Positions 24,240 through 33,065 of a DNA stretch of 64,000 bases are shown here, one piece after another (positions within the stretch are counted from its first letter, which is position 1; each line of letters opens with the position of its first letter). A model generated the notes under the pieces. It ran no database searches. It saw only the letters and a list, made by a program, of their open reading frames with translations, and was not told where the DNA came from. The position numbers were made by a program, and so were the translations under genes. The DNA is taken from NCBI GenBank assembly GCA_041690595.1, contig JAWLHB010000039.1, positions 1-64,000 on the forward strand. The letters run 5' to 3'. The DNA comes from Lentisphaeria bacterium (GTDB taxonomy: Bacteria > Verrucomicrobiota > Lentisphaeria > JABSQK01 > JAWLHB01).

Positions 24240-24260
24240 GGCGACTTTCCCAGAAGACGG

Positions 24261-24992
24261 TCAGTAAGGAGTGCGCCCGTACCAGAAGGTTTCATACGCT
24301 GCCTTGGTTGGATAGAAGTTGCCTCCTTCTCCGCCACGGCCATAGGTGTAGCACGGCATGCTCATCTTAAGCTTGTCGACATGTCCATCGCCGAAGGCGG
24401 CGTTCTTTGTGGTATTGGCGTGGCGGTAGAAGTCAGCTCTGACAAAAACATCATCAACACCAGTGGCATAGTTGTAGATCATGTACTGAGTACTTCGATT
24501 ATTGTGGTCGGTAAGCAGCATCAGTTGTTCGGGCTTGTAGGCAGCAGTTTGACGGCCAAGGTGTTTCGCCGGCGGGATCGAAGCAACCAGGTGTGCCGGG
24601 ATGGGGGGATACGAGTTGTCCACGAAGGCGCCATTCACGGCATAGCTCATGCCGATTGTGGATACTTCCGGACAGTGGAAGGGTGTCCCCGTCCGCACAT
24701 TCCAATAGTTTGTCCCGACGTAGTCGTAATTCAGATGCCCTGTGCGCACGAGCTTCCAGAACCACGGCTCCCCGGCGATCGCATCCCAGCCCTTGGGATA
24801 CCAACCGTCAAACTCATCGGCATACATCGACATGCCCATGTTGAGCTGCCGCAAGTTGTTCATGCAGCTGGTCTGCCGTGCCATAGATCGCGCTTTACTA
24901 AGCGCAGGCAACAACATGCTTGCCAGAATGGCTATTATGGCTACGACAACCAGCAGCTCGATTAGCGTGAATGCCGCACGGGATTTCTTCAT
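24261..24992 (-). CDS. Prepilin-type N-terminal cleavage/methylation protein, DUF1559 / H-X9-DG-like
   Basis: [30 protein letters not shown]....C.NNL.Q, central CP, C-terminal RH...NAAFGDGHV. Confidence 0.93.
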   Translation of the reverse strand: MKKSRAAFTLIELLVVVAIIAILASMLLPALSKARSMARQTSCMNNLRQLNMGMSMYADEFDGWYPKGWDAIAGEPWFWKLVRTGHLNYDYVGTNYWNVRTGTPFHCPEVSTIGMSYAVNGAFVDNSYPPIPAHLVASIPPAKHLGRQTAAYKPEQLMLLTDHNNRSTQYMIYNYATGVDDVFVRADFYRHANTTKNAAFGDGHVDKLKMSMPCYTYGRGGEGGNFYPTKAAYETFWYGRTPY

Positions 24993-25059
24993 GGATAGTT
25001 CATGGATACTCATCAGAGACCTCGTTCAGGTTTGTGTTAAGTCATTCAATGAGAGTTCG

Positions 25060-28000
25060 TCATTCGTCGGCCGGCACACGCACGGTCACCATGGCTTTCC
25101 AGCCGTTCATGTCAAGCGCGAAGGTTGGATTGGCGGCAAGATTGGCGTCGTCAGCGTCGAGCAGGTGAATGGTGACGTTGCTCAACTCGAAGGTGCCGTC
25201 GGCGGCGTAGCTGCCGCGGGCTGGCGTGAAGAAGAAACCATCGACAGTGAACTTGCTGTCGCAGACCACCTCGACCGTATGCCGCTGCCATTCGCTGGTG
25301 AGGCGGGTGGTACCAGTCGAGCTGCCACCCCACGGGCGGGAGACCGCGAGCTGAAAAGCACCCTCGATGTGACGCGCGTCGAAGCCGATGCGGAAGCGGA
25401 ATTCGCCGTTCTGGCGCGCTTCAACGGGCTTTGCCATGGTGCCGTAGGCGCCATTCTGGAAGGTGACCGCCCCGTCAATACCGGTGAAGGAGACGCGAAG
25501 GGCTTGCTCGTCTCCACGTTGAACCAGGGTGAGAGCTTCAGGTCGCGGGACTATCTTGCTGACGGTCTTCGGCCCAGGCGGCGGCTGCTGATCGAGCAGG
25601 ACCAGGTATCCTCCCGGCGCAACGTCGACAGGCGCTTCCGGTAGTTCCAGACCCGGCAGATCCATCGCTTTGCGCAGGGTGGTGCGGATAGGCGCATCGG
25701 TCGGGTTGTTGACGGCGACGTGCCAGAGAAAGGGATTGTGCTTCAGGGCCGTAACCTGGATGTTGAGCTGTGGTGCGTCGCACTGCACGGGATGGCCGAC
25801 GATCGAGTGGTGCATGGGCACGCCCCAGGTGTAGACGCCGAGATGCACCATGGCGCGATCGTCGATGCCCAGATTGCGATAGACGTTCTGGCCGTTGGTG
25901 TAGTAGCCGGAACTGTACCCCTTGAGCTGCCACTGACCGACGGACCAGTTCGGATTGAAGCCGATGAAACGCAGCGGCAGCGGCATGTCCAGCTCGAAGT
26001 CAGGTTGTGGCGCCTGGAACTCCACGATACCGTTCTCCGGCGCCAGATCGACCAAGCCGAAATGGCGGATCAAGTTGCCCTGCTTGAGCTCGATACCGCT
26101 GTTGCCATGGCCGTCAAGGCCATAGTAAGAGCGAATCTTTTCCAGGCGGGCGAGGTTGCGGGCGCCGTGGTCGAAGCCGTCCCAGAGATAGAGCAACTGC
26201 CAGGTGAAGGTTTCACCGGCGGCAGCGGTCTTCGGCAGCTCATTGAGATAGAGACGATGAAAGGAGGGCTCCCAGGAGATCGGCCGGTCGTCGACGTTGA
26301 AGAGGGCGGAGGGTGTGCCGGTGACCAGGCCAAAGGTGCCGACATAGCCGCCTTTTTCGACGGTCAGGCGATTCGTTGCCTTGCCCTGGCCGAGTTGGGG
26401 CAGGAGCAACCGGTTCGGCCGCACGATCGTCTCCAGTGGGCCGCAGACCGGCGCCGCCTCGTTATTGCGCCGAATTGCCCAGATGCCGACGCGATCGTCG
26501 TCAAAGTTGATGGTGCGGAGCATGCCTGCCATGATGTTGCCCAGTTCGGTTTCCCGCAGGACGGTCATCTCTCCTTCGAAGAGGGCGAGCCCGCCTCCCT
26601 GGCGTTCGCTCCACATGGCGTGCCAGTCGAGGAGGGGGCCATTCTGGCGCGGCAGGTACATGGTGCGGCGGAGTTTGTAGCGCATCTGCTCCGCGGGGCG
26701 GATGGGGCCGAGGGTGTGGTAACCATTGGCGATTTTTCCGGGCGCATAGATGTTCCAGGCTTCGCCGGCGATATTGCGGACGGTATCGTCGACACAGGTG
26801 GCATAGGTATAGCCTTCCATGGCTCTGGGGAGATGTCCGTTGGCATTTTCACTCTTGCCCTGGCTGTCCCACAAGGCAGGGGAGGTGGTCAGATTGATGC
26901 CCGCGAAAGGCGTGAGTGCGCTGCCGCCGTCCCACGTCTGGCCGATCGAATGCCAGGTGAGGACGCCGCTGCCCCAGACTGCATTGATGGCGAAGGGGCC
27001 ATGCCACAGTTCGCCGTTCTGTCGATCGCCGCACCAGCTCATGGCATTGCTGTCCGTCCAGGTCTCGAAGGTGCCGCTGAAGGCGCGTCCGCCATGGATA
27101 TCGATCGCTTCCAGCACAAAGCCGCGCTGCCGGTCGAAACTCCACTGAAAGGTTCGCTCGAACTCCTTTTCGCCATCGAGGAGGATGCGCCGGTAGAGCA
27201 CGCCGTCACTGAAGATGCGCAGCTCCTTCAGCCCCACGTCGCTGCTCACTTTGACCAGCTGCGGTATCCGGTAGCGGGCGGTGACAAAGGGCTCGCCGCC
27301 GAAGGTCATGACGCGCTGTGTACCTGCCCAGGCATGAATGCGTGGGCCGCTGGATGGATTGACGTTGTCGCGGCTGTAGGCGTGGCCATAAACCATGCGC
27401 CCCATGATGGTTTCAACGCTGGTGGAGGCCACGTGCGTCAGATACTGCTTGTCGGCAACTGCTTGTTCCAGTGCTGCCGGCGAGGCGACAATGTTGACCG
27501 TGCAGAGACGCGGGGGATTGCCCTGCGGCGTCAGCTTGAGGAATTCGTCGGTGACATCCTCCACCTGCTTGCCGTCGATGTAGGTAATCGCGCCCAGCAT
27601 GCCGTACAGGCGCAGGTTGCGCACGGGAACGCTGCCGGGGGCGCTGTTGGCGAAGTTGTAGTAGCCGATGTTGCGCTTGCCGCCCACGTATTGCCAAAGG
27701 AGATTCTTGGCCGCTTCGTCACTGAGCTCAAGGTTGCCTTTGTCATCGAAGTTCTGCAGGCGCAGTTGTTGGCCGTTCTCGCCGCCCAGCTGGTTGCCCT
27801 TTGGGTAGACCAACTCGTTGCCCATGAAGAAGATATGGTTCCCGATATTGGTCTGCATGGTGAAGCCGGGGATCAGCAGCAGATCCGCGGCCGAATTCGC
27901 CTTGCACTCCGCTTCGAGCTGCCGCAGCTTTTCCTCCGTCGTCTCGGCAAACTCCTCAAGGAAGACGATGAAGTCCAGGCCGGCGCGGCGGGCAGCTGCC

Positions 28001-29118
28001 GCGTACTCCGCCACCGTGCCCGTGCCGCTGGAGAAGCCGGATTGCGCGCCGATCAAGCCACGGTACACCTCCGCGGGTGGAACCGGATTCTGATAGGAGT
28101 CGAACTCGGAGAAGTAGGCGTTGGGGGGCTTGCGGAAGTGGGGATGCTTGAGCATCTGCGGGTCCTGCACGTAGCCGCCCAGGGTTCCACTCTCGATGCT
28201 GGGCGCGGCAAGCCAGCGCAACGTGTTCTCGAGCAGTTTGTCAAAGTTGCTGGGGCGCTTGTCCAATCCCTTGCCGAGCATGATGCGATCGTGCGCCCAG
28301 GATGTGCCGCTGAGCAGATGGAAGACGGGATTGGTGACGATCAGGGCCATGCGACTGGGCGCCTGGTCGCGAATGGCAAAGAGGGGCGGCGAGTCGACGC
28401 GTGCTTCGCGTGCGATGGGAGTGTACATCTCGTCCTTCCGCAGGGCAAATCCGGGCTTCAGCCGCTCCGCGTAACTGCTGGCCGAGCCGCGCACGACAAC
28501 CTGCCAGGAATCGTCGACAATCAACGGTGAGGTCATCGTCTTGAAGTTGACGTTGCCGCTGCCGCTGGAGCGCGGGACCCATATGCCTTCCACGCCATCG
28601 CTGACTGGACTGGGCGCGATGCGATTGGTGTAGATGAAGGGCTGCCGGCTGTGGGGGTGCAGCATCTCGGTGGCGGGATCGTAGATGCCCTCGAGCGGCA
28701 GTTGGGCGCCCCAGTTTGCCAGGTACGAATTCCAGCTCTCATAGTAGGGAGAGATCAGTTGTTCATGGGTATTCAGCATCACGAAAACACCGCCGCCCGC
28801 CTCGCGGTAGCGCGCCAGCAGAGGCTCGAACTCCGCTCGAAACGGCGGGCTGCGCCAGTCATGTCCCCGCTCATCCACCGGCAGCGAGAGGAGGACGATG
28901 CAGTTGAACTTCCGCATGCGCTCCCAGTCCAGCGGGTCGTCCTCGCGGAGGCCGTAGTCCACATCGAACCCCTTCTTGTACAACTCCTGCAGATAGGGGT
29001 AGTCCGCCTTACGCTCAGCGGGCAGGATGAGGATGGAGGGACGTTGGGGTTCCTGGGCGACGGCTGAAGCCAGGAGAGCAAGAGAAACGAGGAGCAGGCG
29101 AAGAGAATGAGCCAACAT
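25060..29118 (-). CDS. Large secreted multidomain hypothetical protein (degenerate PHP-like domain, C-terminal CBM-like domain)
   Basis: Signal peptide; YRGLIGAQS..S.G.GTVAEYAAAARRAGLDFIVF resembles the start of a PHP barrel; LTSEWQRH and NLAANPTF CBM-like motifs. Confidence 0.75.
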   Translation of the reverse strand: MLAHSLRLLLVSLALLASAVAQEPQRPSILILPAERKADYPYLQELYKKGFDVDYGLREDDPLDWERMRKFNCIVLLSLPVDERGHDWRSPPFRAEFEPLLARYREAGGGVFVMLNTHEQLISPYYESWNSYLANWGAQLPLEGIYDPATEMLHPHSRQPFIYTNRIAPSPVSDGVEGIWVPRSSGSGNVNFKTMTSPLIVDDSWQVVVRGSASSYAERLKPGFALRKDEMYTPIAREARVDSPPLFAIRDQAPSRMALIVTNPVFHLLSGTSWAHDRIMLGKGLDKRPSNFDKLLENTLRWLAAPSIESGTLGGYVQDPQMLKHPHFRKPPNAYFSEFDSYQNPVPPAEVYRGLIGAQSGFSSGTGTVAEYAAAARRAGLDFIVFLEEFAETTEEKLRQLEAECKANSAADLLLIPGFTMQTNIGNHIFFMGNELVYPKGNQLGGENGQQLRLQNFDDKGNLELSDEAAKNLLWQYVGGKRNIGYYNFANSAPGSVPVRNLRLYGMLGAITYIDGKQVEDVTDEFLKLTPQGNPPRLCTVNIVASPAALEQAVADKQYLTHVASTSVETIMGRMVYGHAYSRDNVNPSSGPRIHAWAGTQRVMTFGGEPFVTARYRIPQLVKVSSDVGLKELRIFSDGVLYRRILLDGEKEFERTFQWSFDRQRGFVLEAIDIHGGRAFSGTFETWTDSNAMSWCGDRQNGELWHGPFAINAVWGSGVLTWHSIGQTWDGGSALTPFAGINLTTSPALWDSQGKSENANGHLPRAMEGYTYATCVDDTVRNIAGEAWNIYAPGKIANGYHTLGPIRPAEQMRYKLRRTMYLPRQNGPLLDWHAMWSERQGGGLALFEGEMTVLRETELGNIMAGMLRTINFDDDRVGIWAIRRNNEAAPVCGPLETIVRPNRLLLPQLGQGKATNRLTVEKGGYVGTFGLVTGTPSALFNVDDRPISWEPSFHRLYLNELPKTAAAGETFTWQLLYLWDGFDHGARNLARLEKIRSYYGLDGHGNSGIELKQGNLIRHFGLVDLAPENGIVEFQAPQPDFELDMPLPLRFIGFNPNWSVGQWQLKGYSSGYYTNGQNVYRNLGIDDRAMVHLGVYTWGVPMHHSIVGHPVQCDAPQLNIQVTALKHNPFLWHVAVNNPTDAPIRTTLRKAMDLPGLELPEAPVDVAPGGYLVLLDQQPPPGPKTVSKIVPRPEALTLVQRGDEQALRVSFTGIDGAVTFQNGAYGTMAKPVEARQNGEFRFRIGFDARHIEGAFQLAVSRPWGGSSTGTTRLTSEWQRHTVEVVCDSKFTVDGFFFTPARGSYAADGTFELSNVTIHLLDADDANLAANPTFALDMNGWKAMVTVRVPADE

Positions 29119-29135
29119 GACGAGTCTCCACGTAG

Positions 29136-30245
29136 TTAGTGGGTGTTGCCGCAGCTCCGGCGCACCTTCAGCTTAGGGGGAATGGTGACGACCCGCGGGT
29201 AGGTGTCGTCGTCGTCGAGCAGCATATCGACAGCGGTCTGGCCGATCAACTCAGGTTGGAAGTCGACACTGGTGATCGGTACCGGGGCTTCCAGGCACCA
29301 GGGGGTATTGTACATGCCGACGATGGCGATGTCCTCGGGTACGCGCAGTCCCAGTTCGGCCACGATGCCCATGGCGCGAATGGCGTAGACATCGGCGGTG
29401 CAGACGAGGGCGGTGGGACGGTCGGCGCTCTGCAGAAGCCGACGGAAGTCGCCGACGAAGGATTCGCCCGGCAGCTGGCCTGGCGCATCGTAGTAAAGCA
29501 CTTGTGGCGCCGCCGCTTCCTGGCAGGATCTCAGGCACTTGCGGTAGCCTTCGGCGAGCTGGTAGTCGGCATGATTGGTGAGGCGGTCGCCTGGGGATGG
29601 ATTGGCCGTTTCTCTCGACAGGTAGGTGAGCAGGGCGATTCGCCGATGGCCGAGGCGCAGCAGGTGCTCCGTCGCCAGAGTCACTGCCGCCTGATAGTCG
29701 CAGAAGACGCCTTTGCCGGGCATTTTGTCGTCGGAATCGAAGGAGAGCATGAAGACGGCGCGCACACCGTCGTAATCGCGCATGAATGGATAGTGGCGAT
29801 AGCCCTGACCGTTGGCGATGATGCCGCGAATCGGTGACGCAAGCAGCCCGTGCAGCCGCTCGAGACGATCCTCGGGCTGTTCCGCATCCCTCAGCTGTGG
29901 CTGGTAGCCCATCGTCACACAGTAGTAACCGGCATCGATGGTGCGCCCGATGACCGCATCGTAGAGCGGCGTGTGGAAATGGCCGCGGACACCCATGAGT
30001 ACGCCCACCTGGCGCGCCATCGTCATCTCGTGATTGCGATCTCGGATGAAGCTGCCTTTGCCGTGAATCCGGTTGATGGTTCCCTCGCGCGCCAGGACCT
30101 GCATCGCCCGATGCAGCGTCACTTTGCTCACCTTGTAGCGTTCGAGCAAGACGCTCTCATTCGGCATCTGGCGACCACCGAAAGAATTCTGGGCTATATC
30201 CCGCCGAACCTGGTCGGCGATCTGTTGGTAAAGCGCTTCTTTCAT
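29136..30245 (-). CDS. GntR-HTH plus LacI-type sensor regulator (AraR-like architecture)
   Basis: LYQQIAD..MPNE..L.ERYKVSKVTLHRA..G.I.RIHGKGSFI; C-terminal PTALVC.AD..GLRVPEDIAIVG. Confidence 0.92.
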   Translation of the reverse strand: MKEALYQQIADQVRRDIAQNSFGGRQMPNESVLLERYKVSKVTLHRAMQVLAREGTINRIHGKGSFIRDRNHEMTMARQVGVLMGVRGHFHTPLYDAVIGRTIDAGYYCVTMGYQPQLRDAEQPEDRLERLHGLLASPIRGIIANGQGYRHYPFMRDYDGVRAVFMLSFDSDDKMPGKGVFCDYQAAVTLATEHLLRLGHRRIALLTYLSRETANPSPGDRLTNHADYQLAEGYRKCLRSCQEAAAPQVLYYDAPGQLPGESFVGDFRRLLQSADRPTALVCTADVYAIRAMGIVAELGLRVPEDIAIVGMYNTPWCLEAPVPITSVDFQPELIGQTAVDMLLDDDDTYPRVVTIPPKLKVRRSCGNTH

Positions 30246-30268
30246 GAAAAGGTTGCCTTTGATTCCTG

Positions 30269-33055
30269 CTATGGTGCGTACATGTACGCAATGACTTTCT
30301 TCCAGAATGCTGGCCAGGCGCCCCATTCCCAGGCTGCCGTCTCGCCGGGTGCCGGGTTGCCTTCCACGGTTCCGGCGAAGAGGATGACCCTGCCTCGGCC
30401 ATGGTCTCCGGCAATCAGTATAGGTTCGTTGCTGGCCCATGCAAGTACCCGCGCATCCTGTCGCGGGGTCAGCAGGTGGCGCCAGTAGAGCCGCGGTTGC
30501 GCCTGCCATGGCAGCTCACCCGCCTGGAGCGCATCGGCGGGACGCAGCATGGAGCCGCCTGCCGGCAAGGGGCGCACCTCGAAGGGGCCATGCAATGTGG
30601 CAGGCAGAAGATCTTCCAGATCCGAACCGCGAGTCGCGCCGTTGCCCAAGCCGCTGGAGCCGCCGAGAACCAGGAGCTGTCCGCCCGAACGCACGTACTG
30701 GCTGAGCGTGGCGCGCTGCGCCGCGGTCAGATGTCGGGCGCCAAGATTTGAGAGGATGACCAGGCGGCAGGAAAGCAGCTCCTCCAGCTCTTCCGGAAAG
30801 CCATCGCCGTTGCTGAGAATCTGTACGGAATAGCCGGACTCCGTCAGCACCTCCTTCAGCGGGTAATAGTGGGAGAAGAGGCCGAAGCACCAGAGCACGT
30901 CACGGCCAGCGGCAATGGTGGCGCGGTGGTCGCCGGCGTCGGGCAGTTGAATGATGCGCGCGGGGACAACTGGCGTGTATTGAATCTGTCCTGCGCCATG
31001 AATCCCGGCACCTTGCAGGCGCTCCGGGCTGTCATTGAAAAGCTCCACCTCATAGCTCTCGGCGCCCTCGGTAATGGTGAGCTGGGTGATGAAGGCGCCC
31101 GCGGGCGGCCGGAAATCTATGGTTTCTGCATCGGGACCGGCCGAGGCGACCGCCGTGCCGTCATAGCCGACGATGCGGGCCGTACACCGCACCTCCGGCC
31201 GCAGGGGAGCGGCGGCAAACTCCAACTCCATTTCACCGTTGTCCGCGGCGTGCAGGCGCACCTTGACGGCGATGTTGCGGTCCGCATAAGCGACGGCATC
31301 GAGTGGCGCCGCGGCCAGATAGAGGGCGGATTCCCAGGAGCCGCCTGGAGGAAGAGGCAGCCGCGGATACCGCAGGGTCAACTGCCGCTGGGCTGGTTGG
31401 AGGTGTTCGGACTGTACCGTGCGCGGATCGAATCCGATAAGCAGGGATGAAGCGTCGTGGGTAGCCGCGCACCAGCCTTCAACAGGCTGATGGATCATCA
31501 CCGATTCCTTGCTGGTGGTGAATAGCCCGGCATCGCCGAGTCCCGCCTGCAGGACGTAACCATGCGCCAGCTTGCTTCCATAGGCAGAGAGGCTGAAGGG
31601 CTGCATCTCACGTGGCCAGCGATTCTCCACGGTTGTCATCGGCAGCCGCGGGGCAGACGAGGTATTGGTGAGCCGCAGTCGCGCTTCGAGCGTTGCGCCC
31701 CCCGATGGCAATGAAAAGCTCTGCTCGATATGGAGGCCGTCCAGGAAGGGTGCCGCCTCTCCCCCGGTGACGGTGTGGCTGAAGGTTACCTGGTTGCCGT
31801 CCACGGAAAGCTCAGCGCGGAAAGGGAGCTTCCAGTCTATGGGCACCGGCTGGAGCGGAAAACCGAAGGCGAGCAGGGAAAGATTCCGCCACAGCCGTCC
31901 ATCAGCCAACGACTCGATTTCCACAACGTGTCCGCCGCCGAGCGGCGAGAGCACGACACGCAAGTGTTCGTTCTTCAGCGTCACCAGTTCCGAGGAGCGC
32001 GTCTCTCCCTCGGGTACCGACTGCACCACCTTCCCCGGCAGGGCGGATACCGTCCATTGCGCGCAGGAGGCCCGCAGGTCGGCGATCTGGTCACGAGGGA
32101 TCTCCTTGAGCGAGAAATCGTCGAAGCTGATCTTGCCGTTGACGAGGATGCCGAAGGTGATGCCGTCGAAAGGCGGGTTGTCGTAGCAGGACGGGAAGTG
32201 GAATTGCCGCCATTCGTCCGGTGATGCCATGAAGGCTGGAGAGCTGTCGATGTTGATCCTGTTGAGGGTGAAGCTGCCGCGGCCTTTGGCCCAGACGGAG
32301 AAGGAATAGCAGTGACCGAGCTTCAGACGTGGGCGGATCTGCTGGCGTATGCCACCGCCCGCGCCGGAGATCAGCACCGCTTTCTCGCCGGTGCGGACAT
32401 TGGCCGGCACGGGGGTGATGGCATGGAGATCGACACTGGTGCGCAGCCAGCCCATCCAGCCATTCAGATGCTTGTTGTAGCCATTCTCCGACGGCATGGC
32501 TCCCCGGGCAGGTACCTCTTCCCAGCCGGGATCCGCCAGCAGCTCTGTCTGCACGGCCTCCGCGGCTGGCGGTGCGCCGATATCCACGATCTGCAGCTGG
32601 TGGATAGTCATCCTCTCCGAGCTCTTCAGGCTGATCTCGACGCCGTCCGCATGTTCCGGAACGACGAACCCGAGTTCGATCTGGCGGGGATCCGGTTGCG
32701 GAAACTTGAAGGTCCAGGCGGTGGTCAGTGGGATGCGTTCCAGCTTCTGGTCCTGGCGCAACGGGTACGCCCAGGCGTCGGCACGTCCGGTCCAGGCCGC
32801 GACGGCGCGAAGGCGGAGCCACTTGCCGCTGCCGCCCGACAGCCGCAGGCGGGCTTCTCCCTTGCTGAAGGCAAGCACGGACGCTCCATCCGTGGCGGCT
32901 TCGATGGCATGCGTTTCAGCGGAGAAGCTCCATGCCGCCAGCGCCTCCTGACTGGCGGCCGGCGCAAGCTCATAGAGGATGCTCTCGTCAGCCGACGCCG
33001 CGGTCAACGCAAGCGCGGTCAGCGTGAGGAGCAGGAGTGTGGGGATGATGCGCAT
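30269..33055 (-). CDS. Secreted protein: CBM-like domain(s), beta-supersandwich, C-terminal GATase1-like (DUF1355-type) domain
   Basis: Signal peptide MRIIPTLLLL; ELLADPGWE..YSFSVWAKG..EWRQF..FDDFSLKE; FPEELEELLS..VILSN..YVRSGG.LLVLGG..GRGRV. Confidence 0.75.
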   Translation of the reverse strand: MRIIPTLLLLTLTALALTAASADESILYELAPAASQEALAAWSFSAETHAIEAATDGASVLAFSKGEARLRLSGGSGKWLRLRAVAAWTGRADAWAYPLRQDQKLERIPLTTAWTFKFPQPDPRQIELGFVVPEHADGVEISLKSSERMTIHQLQIVDIGAPPAAEAVQTELLADPGWEEVPARGAMPSENGYNKHLNGWMGWLRTSVDLHAITPVPANVRTGEKAVLISGAGGGIRQQIRPRLKLGHCYSFSVWAKGRGSFTLNRINIDSSPAFMASPDEWRQFHFPSCYDNPPFDGITFGILVNGKISFDDFSLKEIPRDQIADLRASCAQWTVSALPGKVVQSVPEGETRSSELVTLKNEHLRVVLSPLGGGHVVEIESLADGRLWRNLSLLAFGFPLQPVPIDWKLPFRAELSVDGNQVTFSHTVTGGEAAPFLDGLHIEQSFSLPSGGATLEARLRLTNTSSAPRLPMTTVENRWPREMQPFSLSAYGSKLAHGYVLQAGLGDAGLFTTSKESVMIHQPVEGWCAATHDASSLLIGFDPRTVQSEHLQPAQRQLTLRYPRLPLPPGGSWESALYLAAAPLDAVAYADRNIAVKVRLHAADNGEMELEFAAAPLRPEVRCTARIVGYDGTAVASAGPDAETIDFRPPAGAFITQLTITEGAESYEVELFNDSPERLQGAGIHGAGQIQYTPVVPARIIQLPDAGDHRATIAAGRDVLWCFGLFSHYYPLKEVLTESGYSVQILSNGDGFPEELEELLSCRLVILSNLGARHLTAAQRATLSQYVRSGGQLLVLGGSSGLGNGATRGSDLEDLLPATLHGPFEVRPLPAGGSMLRPADALQAGELPWQAQPRLYWRHLLTPRQDARVLAWASNEPILIAGDHGRGRVILFAGTVEGNPAPGETAAWEWGAWPAFWKKVIAYMYAP
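30275..30290. promoter_or_regulatory. Candidate operator for the GntR/LacI regulator
   Basis: Perfect 16-bp palindrome TGCGTACATGTACGCA 30 bp upstream of the regulator ATG. Confidence 0.45.
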
Positions 33056-33065
33056 GATCGGCGCC

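Noticed and set aside
24261..24992. Prepilin-like genes as evidence of a type II secretion or type IV pilus operon here
   Set aside because: No ATPase, secretin, platform or prepilin peptidase genes in the window.
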